DNA of 45,067 nt from Nemertoderma westbladi. Lineage: Eukaryota; Animalia; Xenacoelomorpha. Of this stretch, positions 23,781-35,900 are shown piece by piece; position 1 is the stretch's first letter, and each line of letters begins with the position of its first letter. Location of the stretch: the NCBI GenBank assembly GCA_032718475.1, contig JAUCBJ010008651.1:1-45067 (forward strand), in the 5' to 3' direction. The notes below the pieces were generated by a model. It saw nothing but the letters and a program-made list of their open reading frames with translations, did no database searches and had not been told where the DNA came from. The translations under genes were made by a program, and so were the position numbers.

Positions 23781-25012
23781 TTATGCGATTATTCGCAACA
23801 TTCATGTCCCCAAGTTTATTCCTACAGTAATTGTGCTTGTTACACATACCGTTATAGTTAAATTAACCCCGGTACTACACGGGCTGCTTGGCGTAGGAAA
23901 AGACTGGTGACTTTGTGCTTCGGTCACTCCAGCAGATGCCGTGGTTCTTTTAACTGTTCAAGTATATTTAACTACTGATTATTTGTTGTACCAGTACTTG
24001 TACCTAATTTAGGGTTTAGTGTACAGTGCTTTCCGAGGGTAATTAGTGTAGGCAGTATATTTGTGTTGTAAAGTGGTTAATAGGCACGTTGGATCTGGTA
24101 GTCCGCGGTAATTAACTTCCAGGTAGGAACACTCCGTGATACATAACGTAGTACCTATAGCGATACGGCTATAGGTCGTCAGGCGGTGGTATTTTCCTAT
24201 CTGGACAGTGCAATATATTTACTACTACTTGTTATTTTCAAATACCGTAGTACCCTGTCCTTTGTAATAACCAGAAATCTAACCCTTTGTTAGGCTGGTT
24301 TGTAGACTTCCTGTAAAATTACCCTAAAAAATTCGTACGTAATATTTTGTTGTGTTTAATTAGAGATTTAATCTCACCCGTATCGTAAGTAATTTGTAGT
24401 ATTAAGTAACTTAGGTAAATTAGAATTATCTGTTTTAGTGTCAAATAAGTAGCACTTCACTGAGAGCGCACAGCTTCTGTGTAGTGACTCCCCCAGAAAT
24501 AATAACATTTATTTCAAATATTGACAAAACCCATTTTAAACGGGTATATAAATATTATAAATCAACTCAAACGATTTATAAATAGTAGGCCTGCCATACA
24601 ACAACTAGGTCTCAATATCAGTTGGACTACTGCTTAAATAACGGTAATAAAGTAAGTTAAAGTAACCAAGTAACCCTAAAATATTCAGAAATTCAATTAT
24701 TCTAAAATAATTGACATACCGGTATTTACCATAGGCTTATTATATTTATTTCTATAAATTTGGGCTGAAATCATACCGGTATTCTGTAATTAATTCTAGT
24801 TCATAATTGTACTTATATATACTATAAGTGTAAGCTGTATACCGGTATTCACGATAGGCCTATTATATATTTATATATATTTGTGCTAAAATTATATACT
24901 GGTACTCTGTGACAAAACTAGTTTACAATACTTATATATATTATAAGTGTATACCGATATTCTAATATACTGTAATAAATTAACGGTACTAGGCCAATGG
25001 TCATACTGAATT

Positions 25013-25017
25013 ACTAG
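25013..25017. other. Target-site duplication ACTAG (left; right copy at 41208-41212)
   Basis: The same 5-mer lies immediately outside both ends of the LTR-bounded element. Confidence 0.9.
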
Positions 25018-26925
25018 TAATTGAAGAGACAGCAACAATACCTGCAATATCCTACTGTAAAGTTTGTGAATCAAATCATAAATCCGACCTTCTCACCAAA
25101 ACAGTAAACTCTAAGTAAGCGAATATATTGCAGTATCGATCTCTTATAACCGGTGAGGCAGAAAACAGTCTACGAGCAGACAAACTTCGATAAAACAAAA
25201 TCCCGCGCAGCGAATCCTAAAATCAGGCTGACTCACTGACGGACTAAGGGGCTCGTATACTTTGCCGCGGTGTGATTTATATGGTTGGGCAAAGGGACGC
25301 TAGCTAGGTACAGAGGCAGAGATTTGGAGATGTCTAACTAGCGAGCAAAGTGCAGTAAGGACGAAAGTTAATTTTATATATTTTGAGGTGTAAATAATTT
25401 CTAACGCGCGTGTGTTAATTCTGAACGGTCAAAAGCAGTTTTGCTCCTTCACATATATAATTACTGGGTACGGTGTGCATTTTACGAATATTCTAATTTT
25501 GTAACTTGTAGGTCTAATACTCACGAATGATAAAGTTCCTTCCCCTCTTGCGTATTTCCAGGACTCAAATTCAGGCATAAGGTTAATACTACGCCCAGAA
25601 TTCGGCAATTTTAGGTACCAGGTCCCTGATACTAAGAAGAGATGTGTTAGTTTACTACTGTAGGCGTACGGGTACTAATAGCTATCCTGGCTCCTATCTA
25701 GAATTTTAGTCACCCAGGTAGTCCGGGTAACTTCCTATTAGGGCGTTGGCGGGGACACGGTAGATGTTAGTATCCCTAATAGCCTCAATTTATTTGCGCC
25801 TAGTGTAAACTGCCCTACCGCCTGAACGGTACAATCCTAATTCAGGTGAAAACACAGCAACCCCCCTAGCCTACAAGTTCTAATGCAATGGACACCGTTG
25901 CACGGCAAATAGTCACAGACGCACCTGTACTTAGCAAGAGTTAAGCGTACAGTTTGCTGCACCCTAACCAATGTGTATGCCTTGTACCGGTGTGCCTACG
26001 TCCTATCTGCGTACTAGTATCTGCCTGCACTCTCCCCCCCCCCCCCCCGTAGGAATATGAAGGTCTACTGCGGTTTTTCCTGAATCAAGACAGTACAGTC
26101 CCTTTTGATGTAATTTTAGGCTTACAGCGTGTCACTACGTCTACCTTTTGATCTTTTGGTCTTATACTTAGGTAGCAAGGATCGAACGCTGTCTAACCTT
26201 TCAGGCGATGGGCGAATAACTCTAAATGGTATTGCGGGTTGTCTCTCGTCTACATTCCCGTGATGTTCCCGTTCATTGCTGCGGCCCGATCTCTAGCCGG
26301 CCATCCTGTCCCTGAGTTTGTTCACCGTAGTGAATCCATAGTAAAACAGATAGAAAAGCTGAGAGAATATTCTGACTTTATTACAGAAGATACAATTATA
26401 ATACAATGTAATCTGAGAATAAACTAAGCACGACAGAATATTGATAAGATAATCTGAGAAAGATTGAGATATAAGATATAGTGTGATAACTAATGAACAA
26501 ATCGCACCTTTATATAGCAAATTTGTGCCGCAATCAATCGAGAAAATTCTCGATTGTTCTATGGGTTCTAACAAGGTTTTAAAGATAGCTATTGGTCCAG
26601 CTAATATATAACTTGCACGACATTGGTTACAATCAAATAACTACAGCCTCATTGGTACAGACAAATGCAATTAATTTGTAGCGGTTAATTTAAATGAGTT
26701 GAAATTCTGCACAAAAAATAATTCGCACTTACTAGGATTCGAACTCAATACCTACTACACATATAATTTCCAACGCTCTACCGACTGAGCTACTGAACCA
26801 CTTGACCGATAGATGTACAAATGATAGAACCAATACGAATGAGAACTTAAAGCAATCTTTACAAAGTTAATCCGAATAAAATAAAATTTTGAAAATCCAC
26901 GGCATTTAGGGAATATAATTCTATA
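25018..26925 (-). repeat. 3' LTR of the inner BEL element (1908 bp)
   Basis: Direct repeat of 39303-41207. By eye there are only two substitutions (26029/40314, 26807/41089) and a C15 versus C12 run. Confidence 0.96.
26713..26799 (-). ncRNA. tRNA-derived Pol III-like cassette in the LTR (3' LTR copy)
   Basis: Minus strand GGTTCAG-TAGCTCAGTCGGTAGAGC (A box, perfect D arm)...GAGTTCGAATCC (B box)...TTTTTT. Acceptor and anticodon stems do not pair. Confidence 0.65.
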
Positions 26926-26935
26926 CCGCTCCACG
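26926..26935 (-). other. Putative short polypurine tract
   Basis: Minus strand CGTGGAGCGG directly precedes the 3' LTR. It is imperfect and the call rests on position. Confidence 0.5.
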
Positions 26936-27550
26936 AAAACAGGATATTATCGTGCATAAAATATACGGTTTTCACCAATAATCAATCAAACTATAAAATA
27001 CTTAGGGCGTACTTACATATTTACAATTAAGTTTCAAACAATACTTCCTTTCTACGTAATGATTCGATACAAAAATAATTACAAATTTAAACTTTACGTA
27101 TTTTAAGGCTTTACTAAGTAAGTACAATATAAATCTAAATTAAATTCACCAATATAAATCTATTGCATCTCAATATTGCATAAATTCAAACAATTACAAA
27201 TACAAATAAATGAAAACAATAAGAAAGGCTCGCGAGTCTTCCATCTACTATTGCATCTCAAATATTGCATAAATTCAAATAATTACAAATACTTTCGTAC
27301 CTAAATGTAGATTGCATAAGTTTGGAATAATCACAAATATAAAATATAAATTCTTACAAATATAAGTCTTACTAAATATAAGTTTTACTAAATATAAGTT
27401 CTTATTTCTAAATTTCATAAATTCGGAACAATACAAATTGCATAAGTTCGGAATAAGCACAAATTTTCTAAATATAAAACATATAATTCAAAATAAATCA
27501 CAAATCATAAGAAAGGCTCACGAGTCTTACGTCCACCCTTGCCCTCCCTT

Positions 27551-29065
27551 TTATCGCTTAGTTGATCGAGCCCTGCCGCGTCCTCGAAAACTGCGCACAG
27601 GTGACTTTGCTCGCGATATGGGACTAATGGGGCGAGTCACTGGTTTACTTGGGACGTTGAGAGACGGTGCGACTATTTCCTCGCAAATTCGTCTATTTGG
27701 CATCCCAAAACCTCGACCGATTCCTCGTGACCGATCAGTCGTCACTACAGTTGGTAGAACGTCTGGGAACGCGCGAAAGGCGGACGACGCAGACCCAAGA
27801 GTAGCTTGCGCCCCCTGTTGATCAGCTGGTGTATGTCCCGATCCTCCTACTGGTTCTCTTGGAAGTGATACCGTATCCCGAGTAACTCGAATAGTCGGCT
27901 CAACTCCCTTGCGTTCTTCTACATTAATAATTTTCTTTAATTGTTGGCCCACTTTCTGGACCCGTATGATCCTACCCTGTCCGTCCTCCCGAGGGTGACG
28001 TGCAGACGGCGCAACCGGAGTGGCTGGTATATTTGTCGCCTCTAGGACCTCCTCTTCCTCGAATACGCTCGCTCGTATACGTTTATGGTAAAACGCGGCT
28101 CGGTACGCCCATGCGACGGTTAACCAAGCTCCTTTATTCCGTTTTTCAGTTCGGAAACGATCGAATTCACCATACGTAATCCGATTAACGACTTTCTGAA
28201 AATTCCACGTGTTTTTGTTATCCGGGTGAATCTGTAGTAGATACTCGCGCACCACTCGGAATCCACTGTCGTGGGGCAAAATATCGACAACCTCGATAAG
28301 TTCGTCATATTGGGGCATAGCGGAGATATATCCTTCCGACATCATCGTTTGAGGATTTACCGCCCAAAATCCGAGATGCGCCCTCATCGGAAACCGTCTT
28401 CTTTGTGCCGATACATGTTCGTCGGCCAAATCTTCCCACTCATCAAATAACTTCCTCACGAGTTTTACAGATTCATGTTCATAAGGTATGTCCCTTAGTT
28501 GGCATTCAGATGCTCGATGTCCCTTTATATTGCAATAAGTACATTGGGCCATAAATCTCCAGCAAGTATAAAAGGTATGAGACCCTTGATCCCCACACCA
28601 TCCACAGATTAGCTGAGTCGTAGTAATGTGCTTTCCACTGCACTTTGCCATATGATGTCCAGCGACGCCACATTTACTACACATCGTATTGGCAGGGTAC
28701 CACACTCGTTCGTATATAAGATCTCCAATCGGTCGAGCGCTTCCTCCCATACTATAATCGTAATCATCTGGGTCTATGGGTTGGTAGGTTTCTGAAGGTT
28801 GTATACAAACTATAGCATCTGTTGCTTCAAGTTGTCGAATCTCCGTCTGAGATTTCTTCGGGAGGTTCCTTTCTATCTCAAGAAGTTCCTCTAAAGGATC
28901 GTCGGCGATCGTAGTAGTTACTTCGAATTCATCACCAAGGTGACCGATAGGCGCGCGCGTCTGCCGTGATTCATCCGTAATCTCCACGATACGTTCTCCT
29001 TCATAGGGTAACAATGTAAACATAGATGGTCTTTCGATAAGAGATCCCGCACAGCGAAGATACAC
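27551..29065 (-). CDS. Extra ORF in the env position with three CCHC zinc knuckles; function unknown
   Basis: 504 open codons (first ATG at 29023). Contains CSKCGVAGHHMAKC, CGWCGDQGSHTFYTC, CTYCNIKGHRASEC and a basic RG-rich C-terminus. No obvious signal peptide or TM segment. Confidence 0.8.
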   Translation of the reverse strand: MYLRCAGSLIERPSMFTLLPYEGERIVEITDESRQTRAPIGHLGDEFEVTTTIADDPLEELLEIERNLPKKSQTEIRQLEATDAIVCIQPSETYQPIDPDDYDYSMGGSARPIGDLIYERVWYPANTMCSKCGVAGHHMAKCSGKHITTTQLICGWCGDQGSHTFYTCWRFMAQCTYCNIKGHRASECQLRDIPYEHESVKLVRKLFDEWEDLADEHVSAQRRRFPMRAHLGFWAVNPQTMMSEGYISAMPQYDELIEVVDILPHDSGFRVVREYLLQIHPDNKNTWNFQKVVNRITYGEFDRFRTEKRNKGAWLTVAWAYRAAFYHKRIRASVFEEEEVLEATNIPATPVAPSARHPREDGQGRIIRVQKVGQQLKKIINVEERKGVEPTIRVTRDTVSLPREPVGGSGHTPADQQGAQATLGSASSAFRAFPDVLPTVVTTDRSRGIGRGFGMPNRRICEEIVAPSLNVPSKPVTRPISPISRAKSPVRSFRGRGRARSTKR

Positions 29066-29253
29066 GTCTCGAAATATACTAAATCCTGCTCGAGTAAAGG
29101 CATTGCTGTCTTTGCGAGCTTCGCTGTACTTTCTGATAATTCCTTTATACCAAATATAGTGTAGTCCTTGGCTCCAAATCTTTCGAATGGCGCTGCTGCC
29201 TCCTCTTGGATATCATATCCCCATCTCGGCTCTCTTTGTATCCCTTTCTCCAT
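28918..29253 (-). CDS. Small ORF overlapping the start of the zinc-knuckle ORF (separate protein or frameshifted N-terminus)
   Basis: ATG at 29253, MEKGIQREPRWGYD..., 111 aa, coding-like composition, no recognisable motif. Confidence 0.35.
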   Translation of the reverse strand: MEKGIQREPRWGYDIQEEAAAPFERFGAKDYTIFGIKELSESTAKLAKTAMPLLEQDLVYFETCIFAVRDLLSKDHLCLHCYPMKENVSWRLRMNHGRRARLSVTLVMNSK

Positions 29254-29914
29254 AATTAGAGGTGTAGTTACATAATCATTACTACTAGAGGGAATACAAC
29301 AGAGTTTGTGGTTAGTTGTGAGGAGACGTGAGAGTTTCGTCTGCCTTTTGGGCTTCGACAACGCTCTAACCTCCTACCCATAGCCTAAGATCTAGGGTTT
29401 CTTTAATGACACGCTGCTTCTTATCTAAAATTTTTTTGCCGAAATAAAAACGAATTTGGGCTAAACTGGCCGTGAGTCTAAAATACTCACTTTTTGATCC
29501 CAAACTATTATCAGAAAATAAGCAGTCAAGAATTAGTAATAAATATAGGGGAGTCTATTTTGAAGTAACTTATTGAAACAAGACCGTGTAAAATTTAATT
29601 AAAATTTTAAGAAAGGCTCGCAAGTCTTCCTCTCTTGTTTCTCTAATTTTAAGTTCCACCCGACTGTACCCTGAAATCTATTCACTGGAGAAAATTTTAA
29701 AAATTTTTCAAATCCAAATGGATTGTCTAAAATTTCGAAAATGTCTCAATATTGTGAGTTCCAAGTAGAATTCCATTTCTTATACCTACAAATCCCGCTC
29801 CTATGTGACACATAAGGGTACTACCCTCAATGTTCACATATAAAGGCAATGGAATTCTACCGCTGTCCTTACTACGGTGTACAGGTACGTGGAAATCTAT
29901 TTGTAAACTCCTAA

Positions 29915-32900
29915 TTATTTACTAGTATTAGGTGGAGATTTGTAGTCTCCAGACTCGTTACGAGTCTCTTCAAGAAGTACGAGACGTTGAGTCGGTCTGT
30001 CTACTGTTCGACCGTCAATTGTCCGTACTGTCACAGTCCTTGTCACTCCATCCATAGATGGATGTGTGGCTAAAATTACACCTGTTATCCAGAAGCGTCT
30101 TTTTAGATTCACTTCCGCTAACAGCACGTGATCTCCCGGCTTTAATGCGCGGGTGTTATTGTACCAGTTTGTTCTGGCAGAAATAGAGGGCAAATAATGG
30201 TTTTGCCATATTTCCCAGAATTTGTTAGCTAGTACTTGCGTGATTTTCCACGCTTTTCTACCGTAGCTGTCGCTTTCTATTGGAATAGAAATCGGCGTCA
30301 AAGTAGTCGGTGCCTGCATAAGCAGGTGTGCCGGTGTCAAAGCGAACTGAGATTGTTTGTCATCGGGTACTAATACTATTGGTCTAGTATTTAGTATTGC
30401 CTCGATTTCAACAAACAATGTTGTCAGTTGGTCGTCTGTCAGTATGTGGTTTACTGGAATGACCTTTGCCATGGCTGTCTTTATAGATCTAATCAATCTC
30501 TCCCAGACTCCGCCTCTCCAAGGACTATCTGGAGGATTAAACTTCCAAACAATCTTGTGAGGTTGCAGTTCGTTCGAGATTTGATCATGATCTAATTTCT
30601 TAAAGGCTCTAGCAATCTCATTCCGAGCACCAACAAAGTTTGTCCCTTGGTCTGAGTACAAGCATTTTACTAGTCCGCGTCTAGCGATAAATCGCCGCAG
30701 TGCTAGTATAAACGCGTTGGTGGAAAGATCCATCACACGTTCAATGTGAACTGCCCTACTGGACATACATGTGAAAATCAGTCCCCAGCGTTTTACTAGT
30801 ATACGTCCACGTTTCGTATGGATTGGACCAAAGCAATCAATTCCAGTCTCTGTAAAAGGTGGTCTGAATGCTTGAAGTCGTGCTTGTGGTAGTTCACTCA
30901 TTTCCTGGGTACCTATTCTAGAATGTACCTTTTTACAAATAATACACGTACGTGTCACTGAACTTAACGCTTTACTGGGTCTAATTTATACAAATCTAGT
31001 ACGTAAGTAGGAAAGACAGTGGTGTCTTCCAGCGTGTTTCAGATGTAAATGTGCGTCCAGTATCATTGCACGTTGTAGTTCGTGATGTTGCGGTATTATT
31101 ATTGGGTACCTAAAGTTTGTGTTAAAGTCAATGTTTTGAAGCCGAGATTTATGACAAATTAAGCCATTATAAATAATCGGACTCCAACTCAGTATTGGTG
31201 ACGACTTGATTGGTTGACCTTGATGTATAGATGTGAATTCGCGCGCGAAATATCGCAGTTGGTAATGGCGAATTAATTTAATCTCACACCTGTCAATCTC
31301 AGCCAATGTAAGTCGACGTGTAAAGTCATGTTTGCCTTTTACGTATTGTACAAAACGTACAATCCACGCTAACTTTCGGCAAGCGTTTGACCAAGAGTCT
31401 GTTAAGTTTACAATACGATCGACGTGAGTATTTGTGACGTCATCAGGTAAGTCAATGGAGATTTTGGAAGGTTTTGAATTACTAGAAGGGCCCACGGGTC
31501 CGCCGGTAGGTATTCCCTTGTTGACTGTTGATCCGTCCGGGTCTACAAGTAATTTGTCCTTCTTTGTCTTCTTACCTTGATTGTCGGTACTTTGTAAGTC
31601 GATCGTTAATGGTGGTTTGAACTCTATGGGGTCAGCAGGTTTTGGTAAGCTTAATTTTCTGCCGACATTAATCCCAGGTTTCACCATAGGTTGTAAGTTC
31701 GGTATGTCTCTTGAGCGCAGAGTAACACCTGTATTTACATTAGCGTAGGTACTACCCACATCTGTAATACATGAGGTTTCACCGTGCTTATGGTTGCTCA
31801 AGTGTGTCAAAATTGGTAGTTTGTCAATACAAGGCCGCTCCAATAGGGAAACTGCGGCTTTACTGTTAGTCAATACATTACTAATGTCCGGTAGAACATT
31901 TTGTGATGTTTCTGACAAAATGTCTAGTCGACTGTCTAGTAATGTGTCTGGCGATACGTCTGGTAACGTATCTGGTTGTTTGTCAATAGAAGGCCGCTCC
32001 AATAGGGAAACTGCGGCTTTACTGTTTGTCAGTGTGTTACTAGCGTCTGGTAGAATGTCTGGTTGACCGTCTGGTAACGTGTCTGGTTGACCGTCTGGCG
32101 ATATGTCTGGTGTAGAAAGGCTCGCAAGTCTTCCTCTCTTGACCTTTGAAGTTATATCTTTCCATTTCGCCTTCGGTTTCTTCTTGAGTTTCGCCGCCGT
32201 CGTCTTTTTCTTTGTCTTCCCCTTTTTTGGTTTCTTGATTTCGGCGTCCTTAGGGATAGTATTAGATTTGTTGTCGTATAACGGAGGCCAATCTTGTGTC
32301 GATTTCTGCAAGAATTGGGGTCCGTGTTGCCAAAATTCTTTGTTCTCCGGTTTACAGAATTCCTCAGGCATCATTCCTCGCGACGCAATATCGGCTGGGT
32401 TTTGTGGTCCGGGACAATGTCGCCAATCCTCTTTTATTGAACGGTCTAGAATTTCCGCGCGACGGTTAGCTACGAATGTCTTGAATTCGAGTGTGTCGTT
32501 GTTTATGTAAAATAAAACCAACGTCGCGTCAGTCCAATAAAATATCTGTAAACTCGACTGTAGTTCTGTCTGTATGAGGTTCACGATGGTGGTTGACAGG
32601 GTTGCGGCTTGTAGCTCGGCTCGTGGTGTCGTCATATACTTAGTAGGCATGGTCTTAGCCTTAGAAGTAATGAGCGAAACATCGAACTCGTCTGATTCTA
32701 CTTGTCTGCGCAAGTACGCTGCCACACCAAAACCGTTGTCACTGGCGTCAGAAAAACAGTGTAGTTCCAAGTTGTCAGGAAATGTACTTTGTAATGGAAA
32801 GTAAACCCTGGGTATGGAATAATCCTCTAGCGAAGATAATTCTGCCTCCCAGGTCTTCCATAAGTCCACTTGGTCTGATGAGATCGGCTCGTCCCATGTT

Positions 32901-35900
32901 AGTCCATCCTTCCATATACTGCGCATATAAATGCGGGCTTGCAGTATCACTGGACTGATGAATCCTAACGGATCGAACAATCGGCTCAACTTTGACAAGC
33001 ATTATCTCTTTGTCAGTGTGTTCTCTTGACTGTCCAGTCTCACTTTCACTCGAAAGTTGTCTGTGTTTGGGTCCCAAAAGAGCCCCAACACCTTAGTCGT
33101 CGGTAGTGGTTCGAACTCTAGGTCTATGTCACCACCTCCACGCTCAGTCGTCCCGAATGAGTCTACTAATTCGGCACTGTTTGAGGCGAATTTGGTGAGG
33201 TTAAAACCTCCGCTCGCTAAGCAGTCCCGTAATTGATGTGCTACTGTTGTAGCACGTTCTACTGTGTCGCAACTCTGTAAACCGTCGTCTACATAAAAGT
33301 CACGCTCCACAATCCTAATTATCTCTGGGTCATATAGGTGTTTCTGATCTCTAGCGGCTTGTTTTAGGGCGTACATCGTGCAATTTGGGCTGTCTCTGGC
33401 ACCGAAAACGCGAACTTGCATTTGGTAAGTCGCCGGTGGTAGACTTAAGTCTCCTTCCGGGTACCAGAGGAACCGCAAACTGTCTCTGTCTCGCTCTAAC
33501 GCTTTCACTTGGTGAAACATCGCTTCAACGTCGCAAGTAAAAGCTACTTGACGCTGACGGAAGCGCATAATCACCCCCATAAGATAATTATTCATGTTTG
33601 GTCCATCCATCAACTCACTATTGAGGGACATTCCCTCAAATAGAGCCGCACAATCATTGACTACGCGTACTTTATCTGGTTTGTCGGGATGTCTCACATA
33701 GTGATGTGGCAGGTAGTATGTCTGGTTAGTCACTATCTCTGGGTTAGTCATTCGGATAGCGTATCCCTTAGTCAAATACGTCTCCATCTGAGTGTTGTAC
33801 TGCAGATGGGCCTTCTCGTCCTTTAATAGACGTTGCCGTATTGAGTGTAGACGTCTCAAGGCTAGTGGATAGTTGTTTATAAGTTTAGGACTTTGGCTAC
33901 GCCATAACATCCCTACCTCATAATGTCCGTCTTTCGTCTGGTGGATAGTATCTTCCATGATCTTCAGAGATTGTTTCTCCTGTTCCGACATACAAGGTTC
34001 GTAGCTACCAGGTTCAGCTGTATCTTGTTCTAACCACCTGATAGTCTTCTCCGTTAATTCCTTGTCTAGTACAGCTTGTTCCAACTGATGATTTCTCAAC
34101 GCGTCATCATCGATCTCGACGGGCACTGTTGAGGTTATTGGGGTAGGTAGACTCGCAAGCCTATCATCTGTCGTCGATGGAATCTCTAGCTGACTCGTCT
34201 TCTCCCCAAGTTCTAGACTCACCTGGTGAATTAGCTGCTCCTTGTGACTTATCATACTAGTTACACGTCTGTTATGTTTTGTCGACTGTAGTGTAGTATG
34301 GTTCACGTCATGTGAGAAGGAATGAATTGAATTTGTAGTTAATAAACTACATGTACTCTGTACATCGTCTTCCTCGTCACTTACGTCTAGTGTGCGCACA
34401 GGCGCTCGAGTATACCACCCTATCGGCATTCTGCAGGCGTATGCGTTTCCCGCTACAACTGCCGATGGTCTGGTTTCCCACACCTGATGTAGGTTGAATT
34501 GGTCCGTCCCGATCAGCATTGCTACCGATCTATAATTGACAGGACATTCGGGTACACCAAGGTGTCTGAAATACTTACGGTCCTCTAGAGATTGTTCCGG
34601 CACTGGACCTAGTAGGTTACTAAAGTCCTTCGTGGCCGCAAAGGTTAGATCTCTAAAGGGTAACAAAGACCTCTCCCTCTCGCTGTGTTGCGATTTTGGA
34701 AGAAGAGAGTCTAAGTTTAACTTGACTCGTGTCACTGGTATTGCACGCTGTCCGTGCATACTACTTACGGTATAACTGACGCGCTTACCTTGTTTAAGAT
34801 CCGTCACTACGTCAGCTATCTTTTCATCCACGTAGCTATGAGATGAGGCTGAATCTAGAATCGCATAGATCCTCTTGCTCCCCTTTGTGCCAGTAACCTT
34901 AATCGGAATTACACTGAATCCCTTCAGTTGGTCAGTAGTCAGAAGCGCGATCGACGGTTGTTCGTCTCCATTGGAATATTCGTCGTCGTCTTCTAACTCT
35001 TCGTCCGACGATCCGGATTGTTCTGAGAAGCAATCCTCAATATGGGTCACGAAGGTTGGAGTCGTTTTCGATTCTCGTTTTCGGTAGGCCGCATCACATC
35101 TCGCTGCTGCTTCCGGGTGTTCCCTGGCGAAGCGTTTCGTCGGCGTGTGGCTGTCTGTGTGGAGCAGACCGTCGTGGTTGCGTCCACAGGATGGACAAGT
35201 GTCGGTATTTGGGCAATCTTTACGGACATGTCCGTGTCGCGTACACCGCCAACAAGAGTCCAATGGCCGTATTTGCAGCCGTCGTTCTTCCGAGTTCAAC
35301 TCGCGAAATTGTCGACAACCTCGTAACTTGTGACCAATATACCGCTTGCCTAGATGCTCGCAGTATTGGCAGCCGCTGAAGTCGGTACTAAGTTGTTGTC
35401 TCGTCTGTTTTGTCCCAATGGGCGCAGATACCCTACTACCGTCCGAGAATTGTCGTGATTCCGTCGGTGTGGCGTAAGTGGCCGTCTTAGTGGATGTTGT
35501 TTGGGGTTTTTGTCGGTTGGAGGATGGCAATGTGATTCCTTCTGCCACGATGTGCTGGTCGGTGTAGTTAGATCTAGTTTCTACTACTGCCTCCCTGGAT
35601 ATTAAAAGGTACACATCTTCTAATTTTAAGAATCCTCCCCGCTCTTCTCGCTGGTATTCGACCTTCCTCCACTCCCGACGAAGTCGATGGTGGAGTCGTC
35701 CTATGATCTTTAATAGGACTGTAGGGGTATTCCCGTAATCAAGTTGTCCAATGGATCTTAAGGTAGTGATAGCGTTCTTGATCTCGTCAGCTAGTTTTAA
35801 TAAGTCGACGGGTTTAGTGATAGCCCCCTCCCTTACAGAGTTCCTCTATTACTGACCTGGCCATGCTCACTGTACCTCCGTATATCGAAGTTAAACGATC

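Larger units (their letters stand above)
21611..24362 (+). repeat. Putative 5' LTR of the outer BEL element (~2.75 kb)
   Basis: Starts TATAAC and ends ...TATTTTGTTGTGTTTAATTA, resembling the inner LTR ends (TATAGA... / ...TATTGTTGCTGTCTCTTCAATTA). CCAAT ~21909, TCAGT ~21969, AATAAA at ~22833 and ~22863. No second copy is available to confirm it. Confidence 0.55.

Noticed and set aside
21962-24135. 9-nt complementarity GGAGTGTTC / GAACACTCC in the outer LTR
   Set aside because: Unanchored 9-mers are expected many times by chance in ~3 kb.
26025-26048. G15-AGAG-TG on the minus strand as the true PPT and LTR start
   Set aside because: It lies in the middle of the duplicated region, the other LTR has CG there, and the TSD defines different ends.
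26239-26574. 62-aa and 93-aa ORFs duplicated at 40521-40856
   Set aside because: Identical only because they lie in the LTRs; non-ATG starts and no motifs.
26713-26799. Functional tRNA gene
   Set aside because: Acceptor and anticodon stems do not pair; kept only as a tRNA-derived cassette.
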